DNA from: an uncultured Candidatus Actinomarina sp.
GTDB lineage: Bacteria > Actinomycetota > Acidimicrobiia > Actinomarinales > Actinomarinaceae
DNA length: 64,000 nucleotides
Direction of reading: 5' to 3'
NCBI GenBank assembly: GCA_902566515.1
Contig: CACFIX010000002.1
Location: 19,566-83,565 of the forward strand
The notes beneath the pieces are model-generated. The model made no database searches. It had not been told where the DNA came from and saw only the letters and a list, made by a program, of their open reading frames with translations. Both the position numbers and the translations under genes were made by a program. Shown here piece by piece: positions 9,625 to 18,052 of this stretch (position 1 is its first letter; each line of letters opens with the position of its first letter).

Positions 9625-9900
9625 TTAATACCTGTTTGTAAGAATAAATGAAGAAATTAATTAAACAAAACAAAATAAATTTTATTTTTAATTAGTTCGC
9701 GAAAAGAATTTTTAGCTCGCGAAAAACAAATTAATTAGCTTTAACAAACAACTTTATTAAAAATTAATATGCATAACTTGTTTAGGGATTTACTCAATGT
9801 TTATTGAGGTTTTTCAAAGTTTTAAACACTTTGTGAAATTTTAATCTGTTTTTCACACTCTATGAAAATCTTGTTTTGGTAGTTAAGTTTATATCTGATT
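9625..9900. other. rpmH-dnaA intergenic region: candidate oriC / dnaA promoter segment
   Basis: 276 nt, extremely AT-rich. Gene orientation switches here. Contains inverted TGTGAAA / TTTCACA boxes (about 9832-9859), the 12-mer tttaaacacttt shared with the dnaA-dnaN spacer, and two TTAGYTCGCGAAAA repeats. Confidence 0.45.
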
Positions 9901-11241
9901 ATGGGGAGTAGGGGAAATACTGTAATGCTTGAAGAGTTTAAGGCTTTATTAGAAAAATCTTTAACCAACAAGACAGATAGATATTGGTTAGATCAGGTTG
10001 GCCTTGAAATAAATGATGAGAAAGATCTTTGTATTATTGTTTCATCTGATTTTATAAAATCCGCTATTGAAAAAAAGGTTTATTCAAAAATTAAGTCAGT
10101 ATATCAACTTAAATACAACAACAAGGCTGATTGTGTTTTTGTTGTTGATAAAAACTTTCAAAAAACAAGTGTAGATGAATGGTCAGGGGTTAAAACAATT
10201 GTAGTTGAGAAAAAACAAAACGATATTGTTGCTGAGACCCCTTATGATTTATCCTTTTTTGATGAGCTTTTTGTTGGTGGTTGTAATAATCTGGCAATAA
10301 CAGCAGCTAAAAACGTTGTTGTATCACCCGGTAAACGGTTTAATCCACTTTTTGTTTATGGTAAACCGGGTGTTGGAAAAACCCACCTTTTGAAAACTAT
10401 TGAGGCATCAAATAAGTCTTCTTTCTATATTGACTCGGAGTCTTTTCTTGAATCATATATTTCCGGTATAAAAAATAATGATATTAACAACTTTAAAAAG
10501 AGAATTAGATCTGTAGATATTTTATTAATAGACGATATTCAGTTTTTTGTAGGCAAAAAAGGTGTTTCTGAAGAGCTTTTTCATACAATTAACTATTTTT
10601 TAAACAATTCAAAGTCTGTGGTTTTAGCCTCCGACCAGAAACCCCAAGAACTTAGTGGTTTTCCGGATCGTTTGGTTTCTAGAATTTTAAACGGACTAGT
10701 AACAGATATAGAAAAACCTGGTAGGGAAATTTTTTCTGAGGTCTTAAAAAAGAACAATGTTGAGTTTGAAGGCTTGTTGTTTTCCAAAAATGATTTAGAA
10801 ACGTTACTTTCGTTGGACTTTCAAAGCTTTAGAGAAATAAATGGTGTTGTTAATAATCTAATTATTAACAAACAAACTGGTATAAGTAATAATAAATACA
10901 TATCTGAGCTCGTTTCAATGTATAGCAACAACAAGATAATGGAGTTGACTCCGGAGTTTATTCTAAAATACTGTTCGGAGGTTTACCAGGTTGACGAAAG
11001 GCTTGTTCTTTCAAAAAATAGAAGTGAGCTTGTAAGCAACGCTAGACATCTGTTTATTTACTTGATGAGGAAACATACTGAGTACTCCTTAAACCAAATT
11101 GGTTTATATGTGGGGAACAGATCTCACTCAACGGTTCTCTCTTCTATAAAGAAGGTCGAAGGCTCAAGTTTGTTTAAAAAAGAAGTCAACATTTTCAACA
11201 ATAAAATAGATAACAGCTCAAAGAAGTTTGTTGGTGTTTAG
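9901..11241 (+). CDS. dnaA: chromosomal replication initiator DnaA
   Basis: AAA+ 'GKPGVGKTHLL' and 'LLIDDIQF'. Domain IV 'ARHLFIYLMRKHTEYSLNQIGLYVGNRSHSTVLSSIKKVE'. The start could be ATG 9925. Confidence 0.95.
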   Translation: MGSRGNTVMLEEFKALLEKSLTNKTDRYWLDQVGLEINDEKDLCIIVSSDFIKSAIEKKVYSKIKSVYQLKYNNKADCVFVVDKNFQKTSVDEWSGVKTIVVEKKQNDIVAETPYDLSFFDELFVGGCNNLAITAAKNVVVSPGKRFNPLFVYGKPGVGKTHLLKTIEASNKSSFYIDSESFLESYISGIKNNDINNFKKRIRSVDILLIDDIQFFVGKKGVSEELFHTINYFLNNSKSVVLASDQKPQELSGFPDRLVSRILNGLVTDIEKPGREIFSEVLKKNNVEFEGLLFSKNDLETLLSLDFQSFREINGVVNNLIINKQTGISNNKYISELVSMYSNNKIMELTPEFILKYCSEVYQVDERLVLSKNRSELVSNARHLFIYLMRKHTEYSLNQIGLYVGNRSHSTVLSSIKKVEGSSLFKKEVNIFNNKIDNSSKKFVGV

Positions 11242-11351
11242 AATGTTGGAAACTACTAATGTGTTTTTAAAGTCTTTTAAGGTGTTTTCTGTTTTTTTAA
11301 ACACTTTAAACAGCTTTATTATTGTTATATACATAAAAGAATAAGAGGTAT
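11242..11351. other. dnaA-dnaN intergenic region: candidate oriC segment
   Basis: This is the usual oriC position in Actinobacteria. GTGTTT-type boxes occur at about 11262 and 11282 (+), with tttaaacacttt at 11296-11307. Confidence 0.4.
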
Positions 11352-12473
11352 TTGTTGAAATTTAAAACAACAACCAAGAGTATAAAAGAATATGTTTTGA
11401 CTGTGTCTAAAGCTGTTGATGTTAAACCTTCTACTCCAGCGCTCCAAGGTCTTTATATAAAAATTAAAGAAAACCGTTGTGAGTTAACGGGTTCCGATCT
11501 GGACCTAGTTATAAAAGCCAGTTTTGAAGTAGAGTCTATTGTCGACGGAGAATGTCTTGTTAATGCAAGAATTTTTTCAGAAGTGGTAAGGAAACTACCC
11601 TCAGGAGAAGTTGTCTTTTCAGACATAGGGAACGAGATCAAGGTAGAAACAAAAAAAACAGAATATAGGCTTAGAAAACTAGATCACTTAACCTATCCTA
11701 AAACACTATTAGAAGAACAACACAATACCTCTGAAAGCAAACAACTTAAAACAACAAACCTTTTTGATGCATTAAAAAAAGTAGGTGTAGCAGCCTCTCC
11801 AGAAGGAGGAAAACCAATACTCACAGGTGTCTTCTTTGATAACGAAAACAACGAAACAAACCTCGTTTCAACAGACAGTTACAGGCTCGCAACCAATACT
11901 GTTTTTGACCTCCCCATTTCCGATGCAGGAATTGTTTCATATAAGTCTTTAAGCGAAACGATAAAAATATTTGAAGACAGTGAAGATGAAATAAACATAA
12001 ACTCAACAGAAAGAGAGCTACATTTTTACAACAAAAGATACTACACATCAGTAAGAAAACTGGAAGGAACGTTTCCAGAGTATAAAATGTTGTTTCCTAA
12101 AGAAAATCTTTTTTCAATAGAAGTTGATAAAAAAGCTATATTGGAATCATTAGATCGATCAACTGTTGTTGCAGAGGGTTTTATACCCGTAACCCTTAAG
12201 GTGGTGGATGACACAACCCTAAACATCTCCTCTACTAATAAAGATATTGGTGGTGGCAACGAAGTGGTAGATGTAAAAATATTAGGACTTGAAGTAGGAG
12301 ACATCTCTGGTTTTGAAATATCGTTTAACCCAAACTATTTAATTCAAGGAATTGAAGTTTTGGAAGGAAACAAAGCTTATCTAAGGTTTTCTGGAAACGA
12401 TAAACCAGCTGTCATTCAAGGAGAAGAAGAACACTATAAGTATCTATTAATGCCTGTTAGGACGAACCAATAA
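11352..12473 (+). CDS. dnaN: DNA polymerase III beta sliding clamp
   Basis: Three-domain clamp-like sequence. TTG start preceded by AAGAGG (11343-11348). Position after dnaA. Confidence 0.9.
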   Translation: MLKFKTTTKSIKEYVLTVSKAVDVKPSTPALQGLYIKIKENRCELTGSDLDLVIKASFEVESIVDGECLVNARIFSEVVRKLPSGEVVFSDIGNEIKVETKKTEYRLRKLDHLTYPKTLLEEQHNTSESKQLKTTNLFDALKKVGVAASPEGGKPILTGVFFDNENNETNLVSTDSYRLATNTVFDLPISDAGIVSYKSLSETIKIFEDSEDEININSTERELHFYNKRYYTSVRKLEGTFPEYKMLFPKENLFSIEVDKKAILESLDRSTVVAEGFIPVTLKVVDDTTLNISSTNKDIGGGNEVVDVKILGLEVGDISGFEISFNPNYLIQGIEVLEGNKAYLRFSGNDKPAVIQGEEEHYKYLLMPVRTNQ

Positions 12474-12755
12474 ATGTTTAACAAAGAACCCCAAAAAATT
12501 AATTCAAACGATTCAGGTATTGACTTTTCAAAATTCGAAAAGATTAAAAAACACTTTAAAAACGAGAAAACTAACTTTTACAACGAAATAATACCAGGAC
12601 CAGTTATTGGGGATGAGTTAATCCTCTATGTTGACTCAAAAAGATTGAAAAACCTAATCGAACTTCAACAAGAAAAACTATTAATTGACATAGAAAAAAA
12701 CACAAAAATAAAGTTAAAAAAACTAAATATTCAAGTAGATAATAACCAGCAATAA
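12474..12755 (+). CDS. DUF721/DciA-like small protein
   Basis: 'VIGDELILYVDSKRLKNLIELQQEKLLIDIEK...IKLKKLNIQV' fits the DUF721 pattern (G-L-V-V-S..W...L). Sits immediately upstream of gyrB, as in other Actinobacteria. Confidence 0.5.
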   Translation: MFNKEPQKINSNDSGIDFSKFEKIKKHFKNEKTNFYNEIIPGPVIGDELILYVDSKRLKNLIELQQEKLLIDIEKNTKIKLKKLNIQVDNNQQ

Positions 12756-12831
12756 TCGGCAAATCTAGTAAAATAAGAGTTCAGCAAGGGGCTGTAATAT
12801 AAGCAAAAGAAGCGTATCTTGGAGATAGTTC

Positions 12832-14757
12832 GTGTCTAAAAAAGATTCAAATAATAGTTATGATTCAAAAGATATAAAAATTCTTGAGGGTCTAGAAGCA
12901 GTTAGAAAGCGCCCTGCAATGTATATTGGATCCACGGGTCCAAACGGCTTACACCACTTGATTTGGGAAGTTTTAGACAACTCTGTTGATGAAGCTATGG
13001 CTGGAAGATGTTCAAAGATAAAAGTTAGTCTAGAAAAAAATGGTTCAGTTACTGTTGAAGACGACGGAAGCGGAATACCAGTAAAACCGCACCCCAAAAC
13101 AAAAGTATCTGCACTCACAACAGTTTTAACAACGCTTCATGCTGGTGGAAAGTTTGAATCAGGAGCCTATACCGTTAGCGGTGGATTGCATGGAGTTGGA
13201 ATATCTGTTGTTAATGCTTTATCGACCTACGTTAAAGTGGAGGTTCAAAGAGACGGTCATTTTTGGAATCAAGACTTTGACTTGGGAAAACCAAAATCCA
13301 AAATCAAAAAAGGAAAAGTTTCAAAGAAAACAGGTACAAAAATTAACTTTCTAGCAGATCCAGAAATATTTGATGAGACCCAAACATATGATTACAACAT
13401 AGTTGATGAAAGACTTAGACAAACTGCTTTTCTTAACAAAGGTTTGAAAATAATACTTGTTGACAATAGAGTTAAGCCACCTACAAAAGAAGAGTATCAC
13501 TATAAAGGCGGTCTCACAGATTTTGTTGAATATTTAAATGACGGTTTTGATCCATTGCATCAAAAAATAATTTCTTTTTCAGACCAAACAAAAGATTCAG
13601 AAATTGAAGTTGCACTTCAATGGAAAAACGAAGACGACGTAACAATAAAAAGTTTTGCTAACAACATACACACCTTAGAGGGTGGTACTCATGAAGAAGG
13701 ACTAAGAACAGCTGTCACCAAAGCAATTAATGACTTTGCAAAAAAAAGAAATCTTCATTCAGATATATCTTTAACAGGAGATGACATAAGAGAAGGACTT
13801 ACAGGTGTGGTATCTGTAAGGGTAAAAGAACCTCAATTCGAAGGACAAACAAAAACAAAATTAGGAAATACCGAAATGAAATCAAGGGTTCAAGTCTTAA
13901 TTAATGAAGAATTTCCAAAATGGTTAACCAAAAATACCAAAGAAGGCAGAGCAATAGTAGAAAGATGCGCAGTTGCTGCAAAAGCAAGAATGAGTGCAAA
14001 AAAAGCTAGAGAGCTCACCAAGCGTAAAAGCATTTTAGAGACCTCAGGTCTTCCGGGAAAACTTGCAGACTGCTCTTCAACAGATCCAACAGAAAGTGAG
14101 TTATTCATTGTAGAAGGGGACTCAGCAGCTGGTCCTGCTAAACAAGCACGAGACTCAAGAGTACAAGCAATTTTGCCGATCAGGGGAAAGATTATAAATG
14201 TTCAAAAAGTTACAGAAAACAGAGCTCTTCAAAATGAAGAGATAAGCGCACTCATTAAGGCTATTGGTACTGGTATAAAGCTTCAGTTCAATGAAGAAGA
14301 GTCAAGATATGACAAAATAATTTTCTTAACAGATGCTGATGTTGACGGTGCGCATATTAGAACATTGCTTCTTACATTCTTTTTTAAATTTATGCCTGGT
14401 TTGATAACAAGTGGAAAAGTCTGGATATCAGAACCGCCGTTATATCGAGTAAAAGCATCATCAGGAATAACATACTTAAAAGACGATGAAGCACTAAATA
14501 AATTTAAAAAAGAAAACAAAAACAAAAAGTTTGATATAAGCAGATTCAAAGGGTTGGGAGAAATGAATGCTGGAGAGTTGTGGGACACCGCAATGAATCC
14601 TGAGACTAGAACCCTAATCAAAGTTACGCTTGCAGACGCTAAAGGTGCGATGGCAAAAGCTTCTGATATGTTTGAAATTTTAATGGGAAATGATGTTTCA
14701 AAAAGAAAACTGTTTATTGAAAAGAACGCTAAAGACGTGAGGTTTCTTGACGTATAA
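12832..14757 (+). CDS. gyrB: DNA gyrase subunit B
   Basis: GHKL ATPase 'GLHHLIWEVLDNSVDEA', Toprim 'ELFIVEGDSAAG', 'DADVDGAHI'. GTG start with GGAGA RBS. Confidence 0.95.
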   Translation: MSKKDSNNSYDSKDIKILEGLEAVRKRPAMYIGSTGPNGLHHLIWEVLDNSVDEAMAGRCSKIKVSLEKNGSVTVEDDGSGIPVKPHPKTKVSALTTVLTTLHAGGKFESGAYTVSGGLHGVGISVVNALSTYVKVEVQRDGHFWNQDFDLGKPKSKIKKGKVSKKTGTKINFLADPEIFDETQTYDYNIVDERLRQTAFLNKGLKIILVDNRVKPPTKEEYHYKGGLTDFVEYLNDGFDPLHQKIISFSDQTKDSEIEVALQWKNEDDVTIKSFANNIHTLEGGTHEEGLRTAVTKAINDFAKKRNLHSDISLTGDDIREGLTGVVSVRVKEPQFEGQTKTKLGNTEMKSRVQVLINEEFPKWLTKNTKEGRAIVERCAVAAKARMSAKKARELTKRKSILETSGLPGKLADCSSTDPTESELFIVEGDSAAGPAKQARDSRVQAILPIRGKIINVQKVTENRALQNEEISALIKAIGTGIKLQFNEEESRYDKIIFLTDADVDGAHIRTLLLTFFFKFMPGLITSGKVWISEPPLYRVKASSGITYLKDDEALNKFKKENKNKKFDISRFKGLGEMNAGELWDTAMNPETRTLIKVTLADAKGAMAKASDMFEILMGNDVSKRKLFIEKNAKDVRFLDV

Positions 14758-17258
14758 TGCCAGCTAAAAAACCACCATCAAAAAAACCAGCAGCTAAAAA
14801 ACCAGCAGCTAAAAAACCAGCAGCTAAAAAATCTGTAAAAGAAGAAAAAAATACCAACAACACATCAAACGGAACTATTGCTGTAGAAGACGAAATATCG
14901 AAGTCTTTTTTAGATTATGCAATGTCTGTAATCGTGTCAAGAGCTTTGCCCGATGTTAAAGACGGTTTAAAGCCAGTTCAGAGAAGAATTTTGTATTCTA
15001 TGTATGAAACAGGCATAAGACCAACAGGTCCATTTAGAAAATGTTCAAAAGTCGTTGGTGATGTAATGGGTAATTATCACCCTCACGGCAACGATGCAAT
15101 TTATGGAACACTAGTAAGGCTTGGACAAAACTTTAGTACAAGATATCCACTTATTGAGCCTCAGGGTAACTTTGGAACACCTGACGATCCACCTGCAGCT
15201 ATGAGATATACAGAGTCACGAATGTCATCTCTCTCATCACAATTATTGGATGGAATTGATGAGGATACTGTAAACTTTGAACCAAACTACTCAGGCGAAA
15301 CATCAGAGCCTAAAGTTTTACCTGCAAGATTTCCAAACCTCCTTGTTAATGGTGCAGAAGGAATTGCTGTAGCAATGGCAACAAACATGCCGCCGTACAA
15401 CCTTAGAGAAATAACAGAAGCTGTTAAATACACTGTTGAAAACAAGGATGTAAAACCAAAAGACTATCTAAAAATAATAAAAGGACCAGATTTTCCAACA
15501 GGCGGTCTTGTTGTTGATACTCCAACAATAAAAGAAGCAATATTAAAAGGAAGAGGATCAATCAAAATAAGAGCTGTTGCTGACGTAGAAGAATTAGGCA
15601 GAGGAAGATCTGCAATAGTTGTTAAAGAATTACCCTACCAAGCCTCTACAGACCGAATTATGGAAAAAATTGCAACACTTGTTCAAGACAAGAAACTCCT
15701 CGGAATTTCTGATCTTAGGAACGAAAGCAGTGACAGAAATGGTACTAGGTTAGTTGTCGAGCTAAAACGAGATGCGGTTCCACAAGTTGTACTTAATCAA
15801 CTTTTTAAACAAACTCAACTACAAGATACTTTTTCCGTAAACTCAGTAGCCCTTGTTGAAGGAGTTCCAAAAGTACTTTCAGTTCCTGAATTAATTAAAT
15901 ATTATATTGATCATCAAATTGATGTAATACAAAGAAGAACAAAACACAGACTACAAAAAGCCGAAAATAGACTCCATATAGTAGAAGGCCTGCTTTTGGC
16001 TTTAAAAAAGATTGACCAAATTATTAAAGTCATAAAAGCTTCAAAAGATGTAGATACAGCAAGAAAATCTTTAATGACAAAATTTAAACTTAGCGAGATA
16101 CAGGCTTCTCACATATTGGATATGCCGCTTAGGAGACTAACTGCGCTTGAAATGGAAAAACTAGAAGAAGAAAAGAAAGACCTAAAAGAAACAATTAAAG
16201 AACTAAATTCGATTTTAAAAAGTCGTGCAAAACAAGATAAGATTTTAATCGAAGAATTAGAAGTAATTACCAATAAGTTTGGCGACGAAAGAAGATCAAG
16301 AATTGTTCCAGACGTTGGCGAGGTTTCAATAGAGGACCTCATTGAAGACGAGGAAATTATTGTATCTGTATCGGCAAATGGATATGTAAAATCCGTTCCG
16401 TCAACTTCATACAAAAAGCAAGGCAGAGGCGGTAAAGGCGTTAAAGCTGCTTCATCAAACGAAGACGTCATAGAGCATCTTCTTTCTACTTCTGTACACT
16501 CATATCTTTTATTTTTTACAGACCGAGGAAAAGTATATCGGGCTAAAGCACATGAAATTCCAAAAACCAACAGAACAGCAAAAGGTTCTTTAATTCAAAA
16601 CGTACTTTCGATGGGACAAGACGAAAGGGTGCAAGCAATTATTGACACAAGAGACTACGAAACTGAGAAATTTTTACTAATAATGACAGAAAAAGGAACA
16701 GTTAAAAAATCTAGTTTTAAAGATTTTGATTCGAATTACAAATCCCTACAAGCAATAAAACTAAAAGACGAAGATAGGGTTGTTTCTGTAAAAACGACCT
16801 CCGGCAAAGAAGATGTCATACTTGTTTCTCAAAACGGGCAAGCAATTAGATTTGATGAGACAAATCTTAAGCCCCAAGGAAGAACAGCAATGGGTGTGAG
16901 AGGAATAAAACTTAGAGAGGGAGACAAGGTTGTTGGTGCAGCTACCTCTAGAGATGAAACTCTTCTATTTATTACAGCCAAGGGATATGGGAAACGTACG
17001 AAACTTGATGAATTTAGAAGAGCAGGAAGAGGCGGCATGGGAGTAAAAGCTCTTAAAATTACGGAAAGTAAAGGAAATTTAGTTGGAGCAAGATCTGTAG
17101 ATGAAGATACTGAGGTTATGCTTATGAGTACAGGCGGTACTGCAATAAGATGTGCGGTAAAGCAAATAAAACAAATGAGTAGATCAGCACAAGGAGTAAG
17201 GGTCATGAAGCTATCTTCTGAAGAAGAAGTTTCAGCTTTCATACCTATAAAGAGTTAA
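14757..17258 (+). CDS. gyrA: DNA gyrase subunit A with a Lys/Pro/Ala-rich N-terminal tail
   Basis: 'AAMRYTE' catalytic Tyr region, 'DGLKPVQRRIL', C-terminal beta-pinwheel repeats. The N-terminus is KKPPSKKPAAKKPAAKKPAAKK. Confidence 0.95.
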   Translation: MPAKKPPSKKPAAKKPAAKKPAAKKSVKEEKNTNNTSNGTIAVEDEISKSFLDYAMSVIVSRALPDVKDGLKPVQRRILYSMYETGIRPTGPFRKCSKVVGDVMGNYHPHGNDAIYGTLVRLGQNFSTRYPLIEPQGNFGTPDDPPAAMRYTESRMSSLSSQLLDGIDEDTVNFEPNYSGETSEPKVLPARFPNLLVNGAEGIAVAMATNMPPYNLREITEAVKYTVENKDVKPKDYLKIIKGPDFPTGGLVVDTPTIKEAILKGRGSIKIRAVADVEELGRGRSAIVVKELPYQASTDRIMEKIATLVQDKKLLGISDLRNESSDRNGTRLVVELKRDAVPQVVLNQLFKQTQLQDTFSVNSVALVEGVPKVLSVPELIKYYIDHQIDVIQRRTKHRLQKAENRLHIVEGLLLALKKIDQIIKVIKASKDVDTARKSLMTKFKLSEIQASHILDMPLRRLTALEMEKLEEEKKDLKETIKELNSILKSRAKQDKILIEELEVITNKFGDERRSRIVPDVGEVSIEDLIEDEEIIVSVSANGYVKSVPSTSYKKQGRGGKGVKAASSNEDVIEHLLSTSVHSYLLFFTDRGKVYRAKAHEIPKTNRTAKGSLIQNVLSMGQDERVQAIIDTRDYETEKFLLIMTEKGTVKKSSFKDFDSNYKSLQAIKLKDEDRVVSVKTTSGKEDVILVSQNGQAIRFDETNLKPQGRTAMGVRGIKLREGDKVVGAATSRDETLLFITAKGYGKRTKLDEFRRAGRGGMGVKALKITESKGNLVGARSVDEDTEVMLMSTGGTAIRCAVKQIKQMSRSAQGVRVMKLSSEEEVSAFIPIKS
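14787..14831 (+). repeat. perfect 15-nt tandem repeat x3 (ccagcagctaaaaaa) inside the gyrA 5' end
   Basis: Three identical units at 14787-14801, 14802-14816 and 14817-14831, preceded by a degenerate copy. They encode (PAAKK)n. Confidence 0.9.
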
Positions 17259-17260
17259 AA

Positions 17261-17866
17261 ATGGTCAGAGTAAATAGAGTAAGAAGAATAATTAGAAAAA
17301 TAGACCCCTGGACCGTATTAAAAGTCACATTAGTACTTAATTTTGTTGTTGCATTAACTGTAGTGCTTGGATTATCAATAATGTGGGTTTTATTGGTTAA
17401 TGCAGGAGTTCCTCAAGGCCTTGAAGATATTGCAAGAAGATTGGCACTTCTTGATCAAGATGCCTCGCTTGTAGGAAATATTGAAACACTCTTTACAAGT
17501 GTAGTTTCTCTAGCAGCGGTTTATATGCTGACCCAAACAGCTCTAGCTACTATTGGCGCCTTTTTCTACAACCTAGTTTCAGATCTTGTTGGGGGTATTG
17601 AGGTGGTTGTGTTAGAGGAGTCTCATTTAGAAACACCTCAGAAGACAACATCAGAGGAAGTTAAAACTCAGAAAAAAAACGAACAAAAAGAAACAGTTCT
17701 GATGTCGATCGTAAATTCAATTAAAAAAGTGAGACAAGAATCCTCAGAAGAAGCAAGTTTGCCTAATGAAGATTTACCAAGACCAGACGTCCCAAGAGAT
17801 ATTGAAGAACCTACTCTTATGGACGCATTAAAAAACACAGAAAACGAAGAAGACGAAGAAAACTAA
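17261..17866 (+). CDS. DUF3566-like transmembrane protein
   Basis: 'RVRRIIRKIDPWTVLKVTLVLNFVVALTVVLG' plus a second TM segment and an acidic tail. Conserved position just after gyrA in Actinobacteria. Confidence 0.65.
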   Translation: MVRVNRVRRIIRKIDPWTVLKVTLVLNFVVALTVVLGLSIMWVLLVNAGVPQGLEDIARRLALLDQDASLVGNIETLFTSVVSLAAVYMLTQTALATIGAFFYNLVSDLVGGIEVVVLEESHLETPQKTTSEEVKTQKKNEQKETVLMSIVNSIKKVRQESSEEASLPNEDLPRPDVPRDIEEPTLMDALKNTENEEDEEN

Positions 17867-17883
17867 TCTGCTACTATTCATCA

Positions 17884-17968
17884 AGAATAATGGAGCGAAG
17901 TTAGTGAAAATCTAACACTGTCCCGCAACTGTAATTCGAAAGATAAGTCAGGTCGCCTTCATTATTGT
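17884..17968 (+). promoter_or_regulatory. compact cobalamin riboswitch
   Basis: 'GTGAAAATC...CTGTCCCGCAACTGTAA' core and B12-box-like 'AAGTCAGGTCGCC'. P1 pairs aataatg (17886-17892) with cattatt (17960-17966). Upstream of a BtuF-like gene. Confidence 0.75.
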
Positions 17969-18052
17969 TAAGACAACAGTCCTCGAGAGAAGGAATGAAG
18001 TTTCTAGAAATTCTTGAAGTTTCTTTATTTTCTCAAGGTAAGAAAGGAAAAT

